The notes below the pieces were generated by a model. The model made no database searches. It saw only the letters and a program-made list of their open reading frames with translations, and was not told where the DNA came from. From Octopus sinensis (lineage: Eukaryota), in NCBI RefSeq assembly GCF_006345805.1, contig NW_021833742.1, positions 103,424 to 167,423 of the forward strand: DNA of 64,000 bases, given 5' to 3'. How positions within the stretch are numbered: position 1 is the stretch's first letter; each line of letters begins with the position of its first letter. Below are positions 48,100-60,524 of this stretch, piece after piece. The translations under genes were made by a program, and so were the position numbers.

Positions 48100-48730
48100 C
48101 GAAACACAAGAGAGATAAACTAGATGAAGGTTTTACGAAACACTTGACCAGCCTCGCGAATACTAAACCCATTCACTCGGATAAACTTTTTCTTTCGCAA
48201 CACCCTAATAATGTTAACTTTATTTTTGACGCCCTTAAATAATATTTAAAAAAAATATTTGTTAAAAACTTTTTACCAAAAAATATGATGTAACGGCAAT
48301 TTTGCTGACTCAAAAATACATAAAGTTCCTCGTGTAATTCAATCAGACGATTTAAAACCTTGCCTCTTGACAATGTCTAACTTCAGTGTGCAGTTATAAG
48401 AAGTGAGAGGTGTAATATATCTCTACAAACCCTGCATCTTTAAAATGCCATTGCAAAGCCAAGTTTATCCCCAACTACTTTTCATTGAAGTGTGAGTCCT
48501 CTCAATTCCCAACTCATCCGAAAACAGTGAAATACAGCAATATTAATACACGTTCTCTTGAATTTAGTGAATATATATTTAAATTCGCGTTTATTTTAAT
48601 TTTTTACTCGTCCTAAATACTTATACGACCCGTTTCAAGTTTAAAAGCACGAAGTTACAATTGGCTAACAAAGTCGTAGACAACAGTTAAAATCTTTTGA
48701 CAGTTTAATGCCATTCAAGATTTAATATGG
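48100..48730 (-). mobile_element. hAT (ZBED5/FAM200-like) transposase remnant
   Basis: LHTEVRHC..SRGKVLNRLIELHEELYVFL. 48390-48730 is repeated at 60525-60870. Confidence 0.7.
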
Positions 48731-48879
48731 CAATGGTGCTTTATTTTAAATTGAATATACATTGATTAAATACAATGAATAATAATCGCTTTTGTGATTA
48801 TTCTATTTCCTAATAAGAAATCATGTTGGATGATGTTTCTTTGAAATATAATCAAAAGAAGGAAACAATCTCTTTCCCG

Positions 48880-49200
48880 ATATGATGGACAAAGGCTGGA
48901 GTCCTCGGTGAGGCGAGAGATCACCATTTTTGTTGAGTTTGGACTATTCCACCGTCTTTCTTTACGAATGTACAAAAATGTGGAGAAAAAAGAAGGTACC
49001 TAGAAAATAGGGCGATATCTGCGGACAGGATCCGGTTGACCAAAGCAGTGGAGAGAGTTCCCAGTTTCGGCTACAGAAAGGGGTGTGAGATCCTTGATGT
49101 GCCAAGGCCCTGCATCTGCTCTTTGCTGAAGATTTAATGACCAGAATTATGTCACAGGTGTCACCGGTGGTTCCAGATTCTTGTCCCTCAGTATTAAGAG
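48880..49200 (-). mobile_element. CRE-like RT remnant
   Basis: RPWHIKDL..ALVNRIL..FVKKDGGI in mixed frames. Confidence 0.6.
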
Positions 49201-49406
49201 AGTATCAATAGATGGCTTCATTTTAAATTAATTTTCAAATAAAAAACATTTTTCTGTTATTTTACCAAGTTTTTTAAGTGATTTTATAAAGTATATTGAT
49301 ATTTACATTAATCCTATAAAAAACAATAAACAAACTTAAATTTATGAATTATTTAAATCCCGAAAAATTAAGAAAAATATTTAAATTATATTAAGATTTC
49401 GACCAC

Positions 49407-50635
49407 TTAACGAGGAGGGATCATTACCTTGTTTTGAATTGCTTTAAAACCCAAAGACTAATATGTAATAAAAAGTAAAGTACCTCAAAGTAAGGGTGAA
49501 TGATTATCTCTGTGACTCCTTTTATTGAATTTCCAAGACGTTTCTTTGGATTTTTTTTCAAAAGCTAAAATAAAACAATTATTAATTACTTTATGGAGTA
49601 TATCATAAGTTATAAAATCTACATATTGTGGAAAACGAACTTTTGAACAAAGAATTTTTTTACGATAGTTAATTCCATAGAATGGGTACTAAATCAGTAG
49701 AAAACACAATAATATACTTTTATGAATAACATTTTATACAAACAGACGCCAAATGCCCAAAAATCGACGGATCTTGTGTATGGAATGCATTTGATGATTT
49801 CGGGAGCCATATAGTATGGGGTCCCGTCGCATTGGTTATTTTCGGAGTCCCATTCCATGTTTGGTTTTGAAATTCCAAAGTCAGCGAGTTTAACATATCC
49901 GTCTGAGCACAGTAAAACGTTTTCAAGTTTTAAATCACTGTCAAATTATAAAATTGAATGTACCCGTGAATTATGTTATTATTGTGAAGAAACGACAGTC
50001 CTAGTAGAATACACGCTCCATAGAATCTACATAGCTCAACAGAGATACGATTCTTTGAAACCAACGATAGTAAATCTCCTTTTGAAGCGTATTCCATTAC
50101 AATATGGGTATGGTTCTACAAGTTTTATGAAGAAGGATACTCGAAAATAATAAAATCCATGCAAATGCAACACAAAATTGTTTCTCAACGAAGTTGCTAA
50201 ATTTAGGACATAAATTTCGTTGATTATATTCGTATCGGAAATTCCAAGCTGGTCTAATTCTATTGTTTTGATGGCGTAGTATTTTTTTCTTAATTTACAT
50301 TCATACAAGGCAACCTACAATATATACCTAGCACAATGAAATAAATATTATAATATATTTAATTTATACATCTCCAAAAATTCCTCTTCCAAGATCTCTT
50401 ATTTTCTTAAAATCGGGTATGTCTTTTCTAATAAATAATAAGAATTGAATCGTTTACTCTTTAGAACTTAATGAACTGTTTTTTAGAGATTCGATTATTT
50501 TTGAAATTTTTGAGTAAATATAGCTATAGTTGAACCAGGGATCGTGATAGAATGAGTGGAATTTGTGTTCTTGATCAAAATAAACTGTTGATGGAATGCA
50601 CCCCTAAAATATATTTTAAATAACTTGCATACCAT
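49407..50635 (-). CDS. AGC-group Ser/Thr kinase, MGC N-terminus, non-RD
   Basis: M|GCIPS..LGRGIFGDV..YAIK..INEI..MEYASKGDL..HGDLKLEN..LADFG..GTPYYMAPE..DFWAFG..NPKKRLG..HPYF..VMIPPR*. Confidence 0.85.
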
Positions 50636-51003
50636 TTTGTTTTTTTGTTAATGTCGCATTTTTCTTTTATATTAAGAAGATTTTTTTTCACGTACATTGA
50701 CTAATATTTTTCTTTTCTTTTATTAGTCAAGAAATTTTTTTCAAAATAATTTAAACTTACCTATAAAATTAACTTTAAATAAATGATATTTAATTATTCA
50801 GAAAAGTTTAAAATTAAAGGCATCAACTTTTTTTGTCTAGCATGGAATTATAATTTTTTGAAATATTAATTATTATATGACAAATGAACAATTAGTTAAA
50901 TTCAACAATTAATAGCATATAAACAAAGAATTATTTCCAACTATGTCCAAAAAGATTCTTCATGAGATTTCGTTTTTTTGAATGAATTTTAAATTTGCCA
51001 AAT

Positions 51004-51567
51004 TATTATTATTATTAGCACTTCCCGTAGGAACATAAACAAGGAAAGGAAAGAGTTATATTCCCACACGTGCCACACACGATACAATCTTCTTAACCAT
51101 CGTTTGCCATCCTCTGCGGTTTTGTGCAAGCCATCGCAGTTCGTCTAAGTCCTCGCATTTTTTCAAGGTTTTGCCAACGTGTTTCAGATCGTGTTCCAGC
51201 GCAACCGGCAGTGTTGTGCGGGGACGTCCGCGAAACTTTGGGCTATCCGAGAGAAAGTACTCTTCCATGGCCTGGTAAGCAGGTGAGGACGGGTCCATTC
51301 TCAGGACGTGTCCGAAGAGCCTCCAGCGGCCATCTATGATGTCCTGGCTGACTGGCACCGAGTTACTGAGTTTGTAGAGCGATGAGTTGTTAATTTTCTT
51401 AGGCCAATGCAGACCATTTAGGACGCGAAGCTGTTTTCTGTGAAACGAGTCAAGATTCTTTAGTTCGGTGTCAGAGATGCCCGGTTTGACAAAAGCGTAT
51501 TGGTTGAGGTGGCGACGTACCTCTCTTGCACAATGTCTAAAACACACACAGTACAACCGGACAGACT
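51004..51567 (-). mobile_element. 5'-truncated RTE-like LINE with (TAA)n tail and 11-bp TSD
   Basis: TSD atttgccaaat at 50993-51003 and 51568-51578. The empty site is at ~59463-59473. ORF 51056-51556 has RWRLFGHVLRM and RGRPRTT. Confidence 0.9.
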
Positions 51568-52216
51568 ATTTGCCAAATAACCAAAAAAATATTGCATCCA
51601 TAACTTGCATTGACAAAAACGGGATTACAGGAAAAATGATTTATATTCTTAAAGAAAAACTACCCTTGAAAAATCGAAATACAATTTGGGATGCTAAAGT
51701 AAGTGATAACAGAAAAGGTTTAATGACTGGTACTAATTACCAGGAATAATGTCCAACATGTTATTAAAACAGCACGAAACTCCACCCAGATTCAATTACC
51801 ACCATATTATTATAACATCTAGACTCCCAGGCAATAAAAACTATAATACTCATGTTTAATTTATCAATACAAGCACCATTCCGGAATTTAGAAAAGTCTT
51901 ATATAACGATTTGCAAACCAAACAAAACTCATAGCAAATGGTAGTCTTGCCGGTTTATTTATATTCTTTGTGCTTATATTTTCAATTTTTGAGTTAAGAC
52001 ATTTTTTTGTGATTTTTTCACAACTTTTAGGATTCCAGAAAATTCCAGACTCGATGAGTAAAAGATCAACATTGACTATACATCACCTGTGTACAGTTTA
52101 AATGTCAGATAAATTGGTAAGAAATGATGAAAGTAGAAGATAGTTTTTCCTGTCTTATAAGTTTTTTATTGAATTCATGACATCCCATCCGAAGATCCAT
52201 TTATATTTGGAATTCG

Positions 52217-52340
52217 TATGTGGTGGGATTTCAATGACGCTTAACTCGTCAAACCCTAACGGAGCTCCCGGCACAGCCAGCCGCTGGGAGTTGAACCCGA
52301 GGCCGAGAAAGTTGCTAGCAGATATCGAATAAGGTAGTTA
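52217..52340 (-). other. GC-rich SINE-like segment with a B-box-like motif (second copy ~59950-60070)
   Basis: The minus strand contains gggttcaactccc. No convincing A box or cloverleaf. Confidence 0.3.
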
Positions 52341-52699
52341 ATTAAATGACAGACTTGTGAACTATTAATAAAATGAGTTTGATTTATCGTTTGTCGTTTC
52401 ATTTGATTTAAAAATTATCTTTTTTACATCTGGAATGATTAGAAAGAAACTAATTAACTATTTAATTTCCCCAGAACTATTCATTGGAGACAAACCTATT
52501 TCCTCTTCGCGTACCCAGAAGATCCTTGGCGTAGTTTTCAAATTCTTAATAACTTTCTCAAGTCACGTGGAGGAGGCTCTAGTTAAAGGTCTTCGGAAGT
52601 GGAACGTCTTGAAAGCGAAAAATTATTATAAATACGGCCCTCAAAGGGAAATTATTTAAAAATGAGACCCCGGAAGCGAATTGCGTATGACACCCCTGA

Positions 52700-53790
52700 A
52701 TTAGTCGTTCTCTCTCAAATTTATGTTTCAATACTGTGTCACATGACAATTCTATCAATTTTTCCTTTTCAAAAGTTTTAAATAAAAATTCATAATTTTC
52801 TTCATCAATAAATGGCTAATATATCCATGTGAACGTTTTACAGTCGAGATCTTTAAAATAATTTTGCAAAATCTTTCAACAAACAATCCAAATGTTTAGC
52901 AAATTTGTTTTTGCTTGCTTCAATATTTACCATGGGACAAAAAGTATTTAAAAGTAGAAACATGTCATAGATATTTTTCGTTATATTGGATTTCCATAAC
53001 TTGAATTTTATAATGAATGCTTTTACTTTGTCTTTTTGAGTGAATGAATGGAGTTGTGTTCTCTGCACTAATTGATTCAATTTCACAAAAATTTGAGCCA
53101 AATAGGCAAATTTGACAATAAAGTTATCATTCCTGAACAATTTTGCATCTTCAATATCATTTTCATCAATAAAATCTGCAACTTGATCTTTGAGCTCAAG
53201 CACCATTTTTGCACAAGATACCCAGCGGACCTCACAATAAAATAAAACTGATGAAACCAACTGATCCAAAAGAATTTCAGATATGTCATCAATTCTTTAT
53301 CTGTAAGCGGTATTTGCCGTAATTGTTTGGCATAATATTCGCCAAGCATTGCTTCAACCCTATCAATGGCTGGTTGCAAAATTAGAGTTTCTCTGATATT
53401 GTACGGTTTTTTACATTTTCCAATTTTGCAGGAAACTTTGTACGTAACTAATAAAGCATTTGATGAGACAAAAATAATTTTTTTATAACGTTTCGATTTG
53501 GTTATCCTATTCCTCTAATTTTATTTAAGAATTCTTCAGACTTATTGACATATTCATGATGTATCGTTTCAAAAGGTCTTTTTAATTTTGTTGGCCTCAT
53601 ACTATCTGATTTAAGAGTTTTAAAACAAAGCAAACAGTATTTCCAAGGAATCAACAATAATACGCGTGAATTCTAACAATAAATCAGATGGACAATATTT
53701 TCTTATATTAGGAGTCGCAATAATTATATTCCAATTATTTTGACCATTTGAACCACCGTCAATATCTTTATTATTCGTAAATTTACATTT
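52700..53790 (-). mobile_element. hAT (Buster/ZBED5-like) transposase remnant, copy A
   Basis: LFYCEVRWVS, KFAYLAQIF.KLN and KVKAFIIKFKLWK, plus SDSMRP.KL. Confidence 0.8.
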
Positions 53791-53854
53791 TTTTCGATAT
53801 GATTTTTTGTCAATTTGATGTTTGAAAAAACTATACTAGTTTGAGATAATTATA

Positions 53855-53970
53855 CAGTGCGACCTCGAATTGGGGAAAACCAAGTAGCGGGGAAACCCTC
53901 TTTTTTGAAGAAAACCTTGCTTTTGGGGAAATATTTTCGCCATGCCTATAAAATAAGATGATTTTTGTAA
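53855..53970 (+). mobile_element. pogo-like element left end
   Basis: TA|cagtgcgacctcgaattggggaaaaccaag, the same end as the element at 62594. Confidence 0.7.
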
Positions 53971-53999
53971 AAAATATCTGAAAACAATTGGCATAAGTT

Positions 54000-54488
54000 T
54001 AATATCTTTTCTATTTGCAATTCAATCGTATCGTATAAATAGAAAACGGACTGTCATTAATTCAGTTACCAATTCTTCTTTGGCCAATGAAAAAATTGCA
54101 TTACATATTACATCTTTAGTTTTCGTTCTAGCCGAAGTGAAAATGGGTTGAATAGAATAGATATTAATGTTGAAGAACAGTCGGAAATATGGAGCGCAGT
54201 GTGATATGCAAAGACTGCTTCTTTTGCAGTAAGTAGATAGTTTTTGCTTTTAAGAAATGGTTAAATGTAAGTATTTTGAGCTGCTGTTCAGATTAAAAAT
54301 ATTTTTTCTTTTTGACGGGAAAGGCATCACAATTCTTAAAGAATGTGCAATATTAAATTTCAAAAATTCAATATTATTTTTATAATTGTATAGTTGGCCA
54401 CAATTCCATATTACTAAATAATAATAAATATGATAATACGGGACATTCCGGGACAAAGTTCCTTTATCCAGGACAGATGGTAAGCCTA
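54000..54488 (-). mobile_element. hAT (Blackjack-like) 5' remnant
   Basis: The end taggcttaccatctgtcctgg..gtcccgg resembles TAGGGTGACCA-type TIRs. Remnant DCSSTLISILF and LAKEELVTEL. Confidence 0.5.
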
Positions 54489-55268
54489 ATTAAAGATATT
54501 TCAAAGCAAGATTTATTTTTTAATCATCCAGTCATCTAAATTATGTGTTAGTTTGTCTTTCTCGATGGTTCTTAGTAACTATTTCTAGCTTATCAACATG
54601 TTCACTTTTTGTTAAATTCCCAACGTCATTTTTGTATTATGGTGGATATCAGAATTTTTCCAACATGAACATTCTGAACTTTTACAATAGTGTTGAGTGT
54701 TTCACTTTATAAAATACACATAGTTTTTAAAAAATGCATATTTGTGTAATGTACAATATCTTTGAATAATATCAGGAACCAAATCCTTAATACGAATAAA
54801 AGTCCTGATTAATGACAAATCATCACAGGTTCACTATCAGTACATATAGATCAAAATTTATCACTTTGGATTTTATTCGTCTTCATAGAAGTGTCAAAAA
54901 TATTGAGGATTTCCTCTCAAAAAGTGTCTCAATCTACAAACAAAATAAAAATTAGAGATCTATTTGTTTTAGGTTAAAATTACAACATATTATGCTTCTA
55001 ATCTCAGTTTATCTTGGGATTTATTATACGAATCCAAGCTTTGGCTGCGAATCAAATTTCGTTCTTATGACTAAAAAATTCATGTGAGCAACAATTTTCT
55101 GAGTGTTCAGACTCTTTTTGACTCCTATGTTAGAGGGGTTTAGTGGATTGTTTCCCATAATTCTATGGAAAATTATGCATTTTTTCCTTATTTCATTATT
55201 TGAGGCTAAATTTTATTTAATTTATTTAAAAATAGAATACTATATTTAAATTAATAATTAAAATTAAT

Positions 55269-55517
55269 CTAATGATTTATTGCAAGTTCAGTTAGCAGGT
55301 AGTGTTTGACTGTTAGATCAGTGACATGTTGGTTGATAATATCAATGCATAACTGTTGATTGTCCCTCGATTCCCCCAAGGACTCGATCAGGGACTCAGC
55401 GTACTCCAGCCATACACAATTGTGGCAGCAGGACCCACAACATAATTCTGGATTGGGGAGAGGAGGCAGTTTTATAGACCCACACATAAATCTCATTCCA
55501 TTACGAATTATGCTCAT
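55269..55517 (-). CDS. OXLD1: Oxidoreductase-like domain protein 1
   Basis: PPLPNPELCCGSCCHNCVWLEYAE..IINQHVTD..VKHYLLTEL matches the Oxidored-like motif P.P..CC.SGC..CVW. Confidence 0.8.
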   Translation of the reverse strand: MSIIRNGMRFMCGSIKLPPLPNPELCCGSCCHNCVWLEYAESLIESLGESRDNQQLCIDIINQHVTDLTVKHYLLTELAINH

Positions 55518-57299
55518 TTTGTATTACCAATGTCCCACATCAACTATTACAAACAATTTTAGAAATACAATTTTTTAAACAAATTTATTATTATTAAAAC
55601 CAAAATCATTGTCAAAAACATATAACTAATCAATCAGGTGATGAAGGCATATTACTATCGTAAGTCATGCCGAGGATTTTCTGGGATTTTTTAAAGCGAA
55701 TTCCAAGTTGTTTAGATATAAGTTCACCACCATTTTCCCAAGCTTCCTTGCTGAAGTCATAAGCGTAGTGACTGATTTTGCAGGACTAGTTAATGGTCGA
55801 TTTAGCAAACTTTCGAGATCGATAGTACGATTAAACTTGAAAGGAAATCTCTACTTTCAAAGATTAACTTAAAAGTCAAACTTTTTTTTATTAAAGCGGA
55901 AAAGGTATGATCTGAAGGATAGTCGATATTATTCTTTGTTTGATGGGACAGACTTGTTTAAAGCCTTATTTGCAGTGGACTGTTTTTAGGAAGAATTTGG
56001 ACAGTATCTCTTTATGTTTTTATTTATTATAAAATTGTATTTAAACTACACACTTTTTTTAAGGGTGTCGTCTCTCCTTTCTTTATGAAATCTCCTTAAA
56101 AGTGGCAACAATTAGTTATTCGTTTGGTTCTTTTATAGTTTGTCAGATTCTTGATTGAATTTTCAAAATTTTTTCCCGATTGGTGTAGCTGATTGTATTT
56201 CCCCGCACTGAAACAGGCGTAACTAATCGTAAGTTCCATTTACTGCCCATAGATGGTTTGGCGAGTGGCAAGACTCGTCCACTCTGAATTTTTGAAGAAC
56301 TTTGAGTATGTTGAGTTTCTTCATACATCTTGTGATCCGATTACAGTTGGCTCTCATTATTTTTTGAATCCCTAAATAATTAGTTTTTATAAATTCAAAA
56401 ATAAATTATTTTAGTTATATTATAATAAAAAGATTTCAAACATAATATAATTAGATAACCGTGTCACTGTTCGTATTTCGTGTTGTTGTTCCACATTGTT
56501 TAATTTATTTTTCAAATTTTATTATATTATTATATTGAAAGTTTTTATTTTTATTAAAATTGATTAAATATATTGTCCACTTATAGAATTTCTTATAATA
56601 TTCGATATTCTGTAAGTGAATTGGCTTTACTTTCACAATAGTTTAATCTTTTTTATTTTAATCATTTTATATCTTTGTGATATTCTACACAACCATTTTG
56701 TTGTCAATTTTTATTATAATTTTACTGCATGAGTGAATGACCTCTTTTTCTATTTTAATTCTGTGTTATTTATTTTTTCCAGATACTCTATCATATCAGG
56801 GAAATTTTTTGTCATTTGGGTCAGTGTCGTTTCATTAAATTATTTGGGCTTCGAAATTGATTTCTTCGTTGAATTCGTTTTTCTTTTTTAGCCATTTTTA
56901 ACTTATTCCCAACTATATCTTTTCAAATTTATTTTCCAGAACACTGAAAAATTTTTCGATATTCATTTCACTTCCATGGGTTATGAAATTGGTGTATAAC
57001 TACATTCGTTGGCCTATTTAATGGTGAATTCTGGTTATAATTTTTCTTATATTGATATTTCCGGGTATAATCTGTTAGCTAAATTATATGAATTAATTAA
57101 ATCAGTAAAAATTGCAAAACGGCTGCGTGAATGGGTCTGCGAGATCTCTAATGTTCCAAGTATTTAATTAATAGTGGATTAATCGAGCTATGATAGTCCA
57201 ATCTCGTAAAGTAAAATGTGATGGTAAAATTACTAAAATCAATAAATCTTATCTTGACTTTTGTTAAGTCTTTATTTATTAATAAACAAGAGAAAAATC

Positions 57300-57570
57300 T
57301 TAATTGGCAGATAGCCAGAGAATTGCCTCTGACTATGGCCATAGATATTCGTTTGGTTAAATACCGGTACTCACACGGATTGCCGGTAACCTTTTCGATT
57401 AGTGAGCCGCTGGAGTAGGGTCCGAGTAGAAGGCACCTGTATTCCTGACGTCTCAACAGCCAGGGGAACAAACACTCTGCCAATTCCGATTCCAGCGTAT
57501 TTCTCACTCTTTCTCTTCTCAGTCCGTTCAGACGGGGTTCTCGGATTTTTGATAACTTGATAATCTGATT
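57300..57570 (-). mobile_element. CRE-like 3' remnant
   Basis: EKYAGI..FVPLAVETSG and LTKRISMAIVRGNSLAI. Confidence 0.7.
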
Positions 57571-57699
57571 GGAAAAGAAGTTCTATCTTAACTTGAACTG
57601 TCAAGAGTTCGATTTATTTTTTAACATGATAAATATTCTAAATGTTGAAAATTAATATAAATTATTCTTTTAATCCTTAAAAAGAACAGAAAAAGTAAC

Positions 57700-58455
57700 T
57701 CAAAGAATAGTCGGGAGCCTGATGGTCAGTTCAGGCGCACAAATGTTGCAAATATTCGAATCCAATGCAGGAATGCTGTTGACCACACATTTAGAGAAAT
57801 ATCTTCTCCCTGCACTGAAGCGAAAATGAAATATAAATCAAAAAATAATTCACATTTTTTTAATCAAATCCTCCTCCAATTGTGACACATCAGAACCGTC
57901 GCTACAAACGGCACCAAACTCGACAGAATCTCCTAAAAAATCTTAAAAAGATTATAACCAATAACTGTCTTTGTACCAATTCCTTAAGTCATATTATTAT
58001 AATATTCTCTAAATACTATAAAGTTCAGAATCAAACTTAAAATATAATTCCCTCAAATCATCAAAACGTCCCAGCAACTCATCAAAACCAATCCCAATAG
58101 TAGATGAAACACAAACTGCCTGAAACAAAACAATCTTTAAAAATACCTCAATCGTCTCATTAAAATGATCAAGAACCGAATCAAGTGACGTAATGAGGTT
58201 AGATGCATGTGATGTATCTTGGTCAAGAGCTTCCCAGTAAACAACAGAGTTTCTTATCCACTCCAAGACGACTCCAGTGCCATCCAAATCACACTGAAAT
58301 TCATCAATATGTTTAGACCTTATTTAAACAAAGTAATAACGGCAAATTAAATTTAAGCATTGAACAGGTGTAGAGCATGTTGACCATAAAAGTAACTGGG
58401 TCACGACCACGTTTGAATCGGTGATATACAACACCACCGTGGGAAATGATGATGC
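57700..58455 (-). CDS. GPN1: GPN-loop GTPase 1, 3' exons only (one apparent frameshift)
   Basis: ASSFPTVVLYITDS / RDPVTFMVNMLYTCSML..LPLLLCLNK|CD..LEWI..EALDQDTSHASNLITSL..VLDHF..|AVCVSSTIGIGFDEL closely follows GPN1/XAB1. The 5' exons are not in the window. Confidence 0.8.
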
Positions 58456-58474
58456 CTGTAAAATATTAATATCT

Positions 58475-58700
58475 GGGGAGACAGAGAGTCGCCTTGGAGT
58501 ATACCACGTTCTATATTAACAGTTCCTGGCTGTTTTTTCCCAATCTCAGAGAGACTTTCCAGTTTTGAATAATTGACATAATAAAACTAGTTATCAAAAT
58601 AAGCAATCCAGAGTTTTCCAGGATTTCAACAAGAAAGTCATGACTAACTGAGTCAACTGCCTTATCATGAATTTTATGGAATAACATCCCATATTTATTC
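58475..58700 (-). mobile_element. R4-like RT fragment at the GPN1 acceptor
   Basis: KAVDSVSHDFLVEILE..WKVSL..NIERGILQGDSLSP. Confidence 0.7.
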
Positions 58701-58707
58701 TAAATTT

Positions 58708-58877
58708 AAAAATTATTATATTGATTCAACAAATTATTATATTGATTCGAAAAATTATTATATTGGTTCGAAAAATTATTATATGATTCGAAAAGTTATT
58801 ATATTGGTTCGAAAAATTATTATATGATTCGAAAAGTTATTATATTGGTTCGAAAAATTATTATATTGATCCGAAAA
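58708..58877. repeat. Minisatellite, 20-21 bp x8
   Basis: Unit aaaa(a/g)ttattatat(t)g(a/g)ttcg. Confidence 0.9.
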
Positions 58878-59129
58878 CCCTATATAAAAATAGTTGGTGT
58901 TGGGGGGAAGATGGTTACCTTAAAATCGTAAGAATCGCTTTCATTATCCGATTCTTGGTTAATTAACTAAAAATGAGACATCTATAATTATAATTTTAAA
59001 TCGCAACTGATGTTTATTGATGCCAGGATGATGTTTTACTATTGTTTTGGATCCACATTTTTGGTCAATACCAGTGTCTTACTAGGCAGAAGACATAACA
59101 TATTCAGTCCTGTAAGGCACTCCTTCGTC

Positions 59130-59365
59130 TACTTAGAAAGTTGGTGATCAATAGTTTGAGCTTTCCTAGAAACTTGTTTTAAATTACTTTCCTAAATAGA
59201 ATCTTCCTCAAAACTAAGTCGAAAGCTATGTCTATATCGACGGAACAGAGTTAATATAATTGATAAATTGCCTTCTTTCATCAGAAGGTCGGCAGTCGGC
59301 AACTCCAGAGAGAGTTCGTTGAAGGGGAGTAGAACCTCTCGGGCAACATTTTGGTATCAACAATT
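59130..59365 (-). mobile_element. Non-LTR RT remnant
   Basis: DIDIAFDLV..KLLITNFLSRR. Confidence 0.45.
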
Positions 59366-60169
59366 AGTTAAATTCAACAATTAATAGCATATAAACAAAG
59401 AATTATTTCCGACTATGTCCAAAAAGATTCTTTATGAGATTTCGTTTTTTGAATGAATTTTAAATTTGCCAAATAACCAAAAAAATATTGCATCCATAAC
59501 TTGCATTGACAAAAACGGAATTACAGGAAAAATGATTTATTTTCTTAAAGAAAAACTACCCTTGAAAAATGGAAATACAATTTGGGATGCTAAAGCAAGT
59601 GATAACAGAAAAGGTTTAATGACTGGTACGGATTACCAGGAATAATGTCTAACATGTTATTAAAACAGCATGAAACTCCACCCAGATTCAATTACCATCT
59701 TATTATTATAACATCTAGACTCCCAGGCAATAAAAACTATAATACTCATGTTTAATTTATCAATACAAGCACCATTCCGGACTTTAGAAAAAGTCTTATA
59801 TAACGACTAGCAAACCAAACAAAACTCATAGCAAATTAAGAAATGATGAAAGTAGAAGATAGTTTTTCCTGTTTTATAAGTTTTTTTTATTAAAAGCGGG
59901 TGTTGAACGCTAGGAAATTCATGACATCCCATTTATATTTAGAATCCGTATGTGGTGAGATGTCAATGACGCTTAACTCGTCAACCCCTAACGGAGCTCC
60001 CGGCACAGGCAGCCGGTGTGAGTTGAACCCGAGACCGAGAAAGTTGCCAGCAAATATCGAATAAGGTAGTTAATTAAATGACATACTTGTAAACTATTAA
60101 TAAAATGAATTTTATTTATCGTTCGTCGTTTCACTTGATTTAAAAATTATCTTTTTTTACATCTGGAAT

Positions 60170-60345
60170 GATTAGAAAAAAACTAATTAACTATTTAACT
60201 AAGTAATGAGGCTTCAGACTAAATAAGGGGTGTCACTCTACAGATATCTTTTTTTGGCCTTTTTAAATCTCTGAGAAAATACAGTCGAGGCCTCTGGATG
60301 ACTAAATGTCAGGAAAGGACTGGATCGGCAAGCATCAGATAAATT
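60170..60345 (-). mobile_element. R4-like 3' end
   Basis: aaaaaaactaattaacta and gactaaatgtcaggaaagg..ggatcggc match 23195-23380. Confidence 0.65.
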
Positions 60346-60524
60346 TTAAAAAGTCTTAAATAATACCGAAAACTTAAAAAACACTTTAAAAAATCGCCAA
60401 ATACGTCTTCGTCGTCTAAAAATCGGTTTTCGAAACATTAGTTTGTGCACCATTTTTGACGTATTTTTTCGCGACAGGAAATTCGAAAACTATTATTCGT
60501 CTTTATTATCATTTTCAACAACGT

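Larger units (their letters stand above)
50890..53970. repeat. ~3-kb composite direct repeat, copy A (copy B ~59370-62720)
   Basis: Collinear matches from caattagttaaattcaacaattaatagc through the hAT remnant to the pogo-like left end. Confidence 0.85.

Noticed and set aside
55620-57100. Possible minus-strand gene (ORF 56143-56328 and neighbours)
   Set aside because: Multiple in-frame stops not removable by plausible micro-introns, and no recognisable homology.
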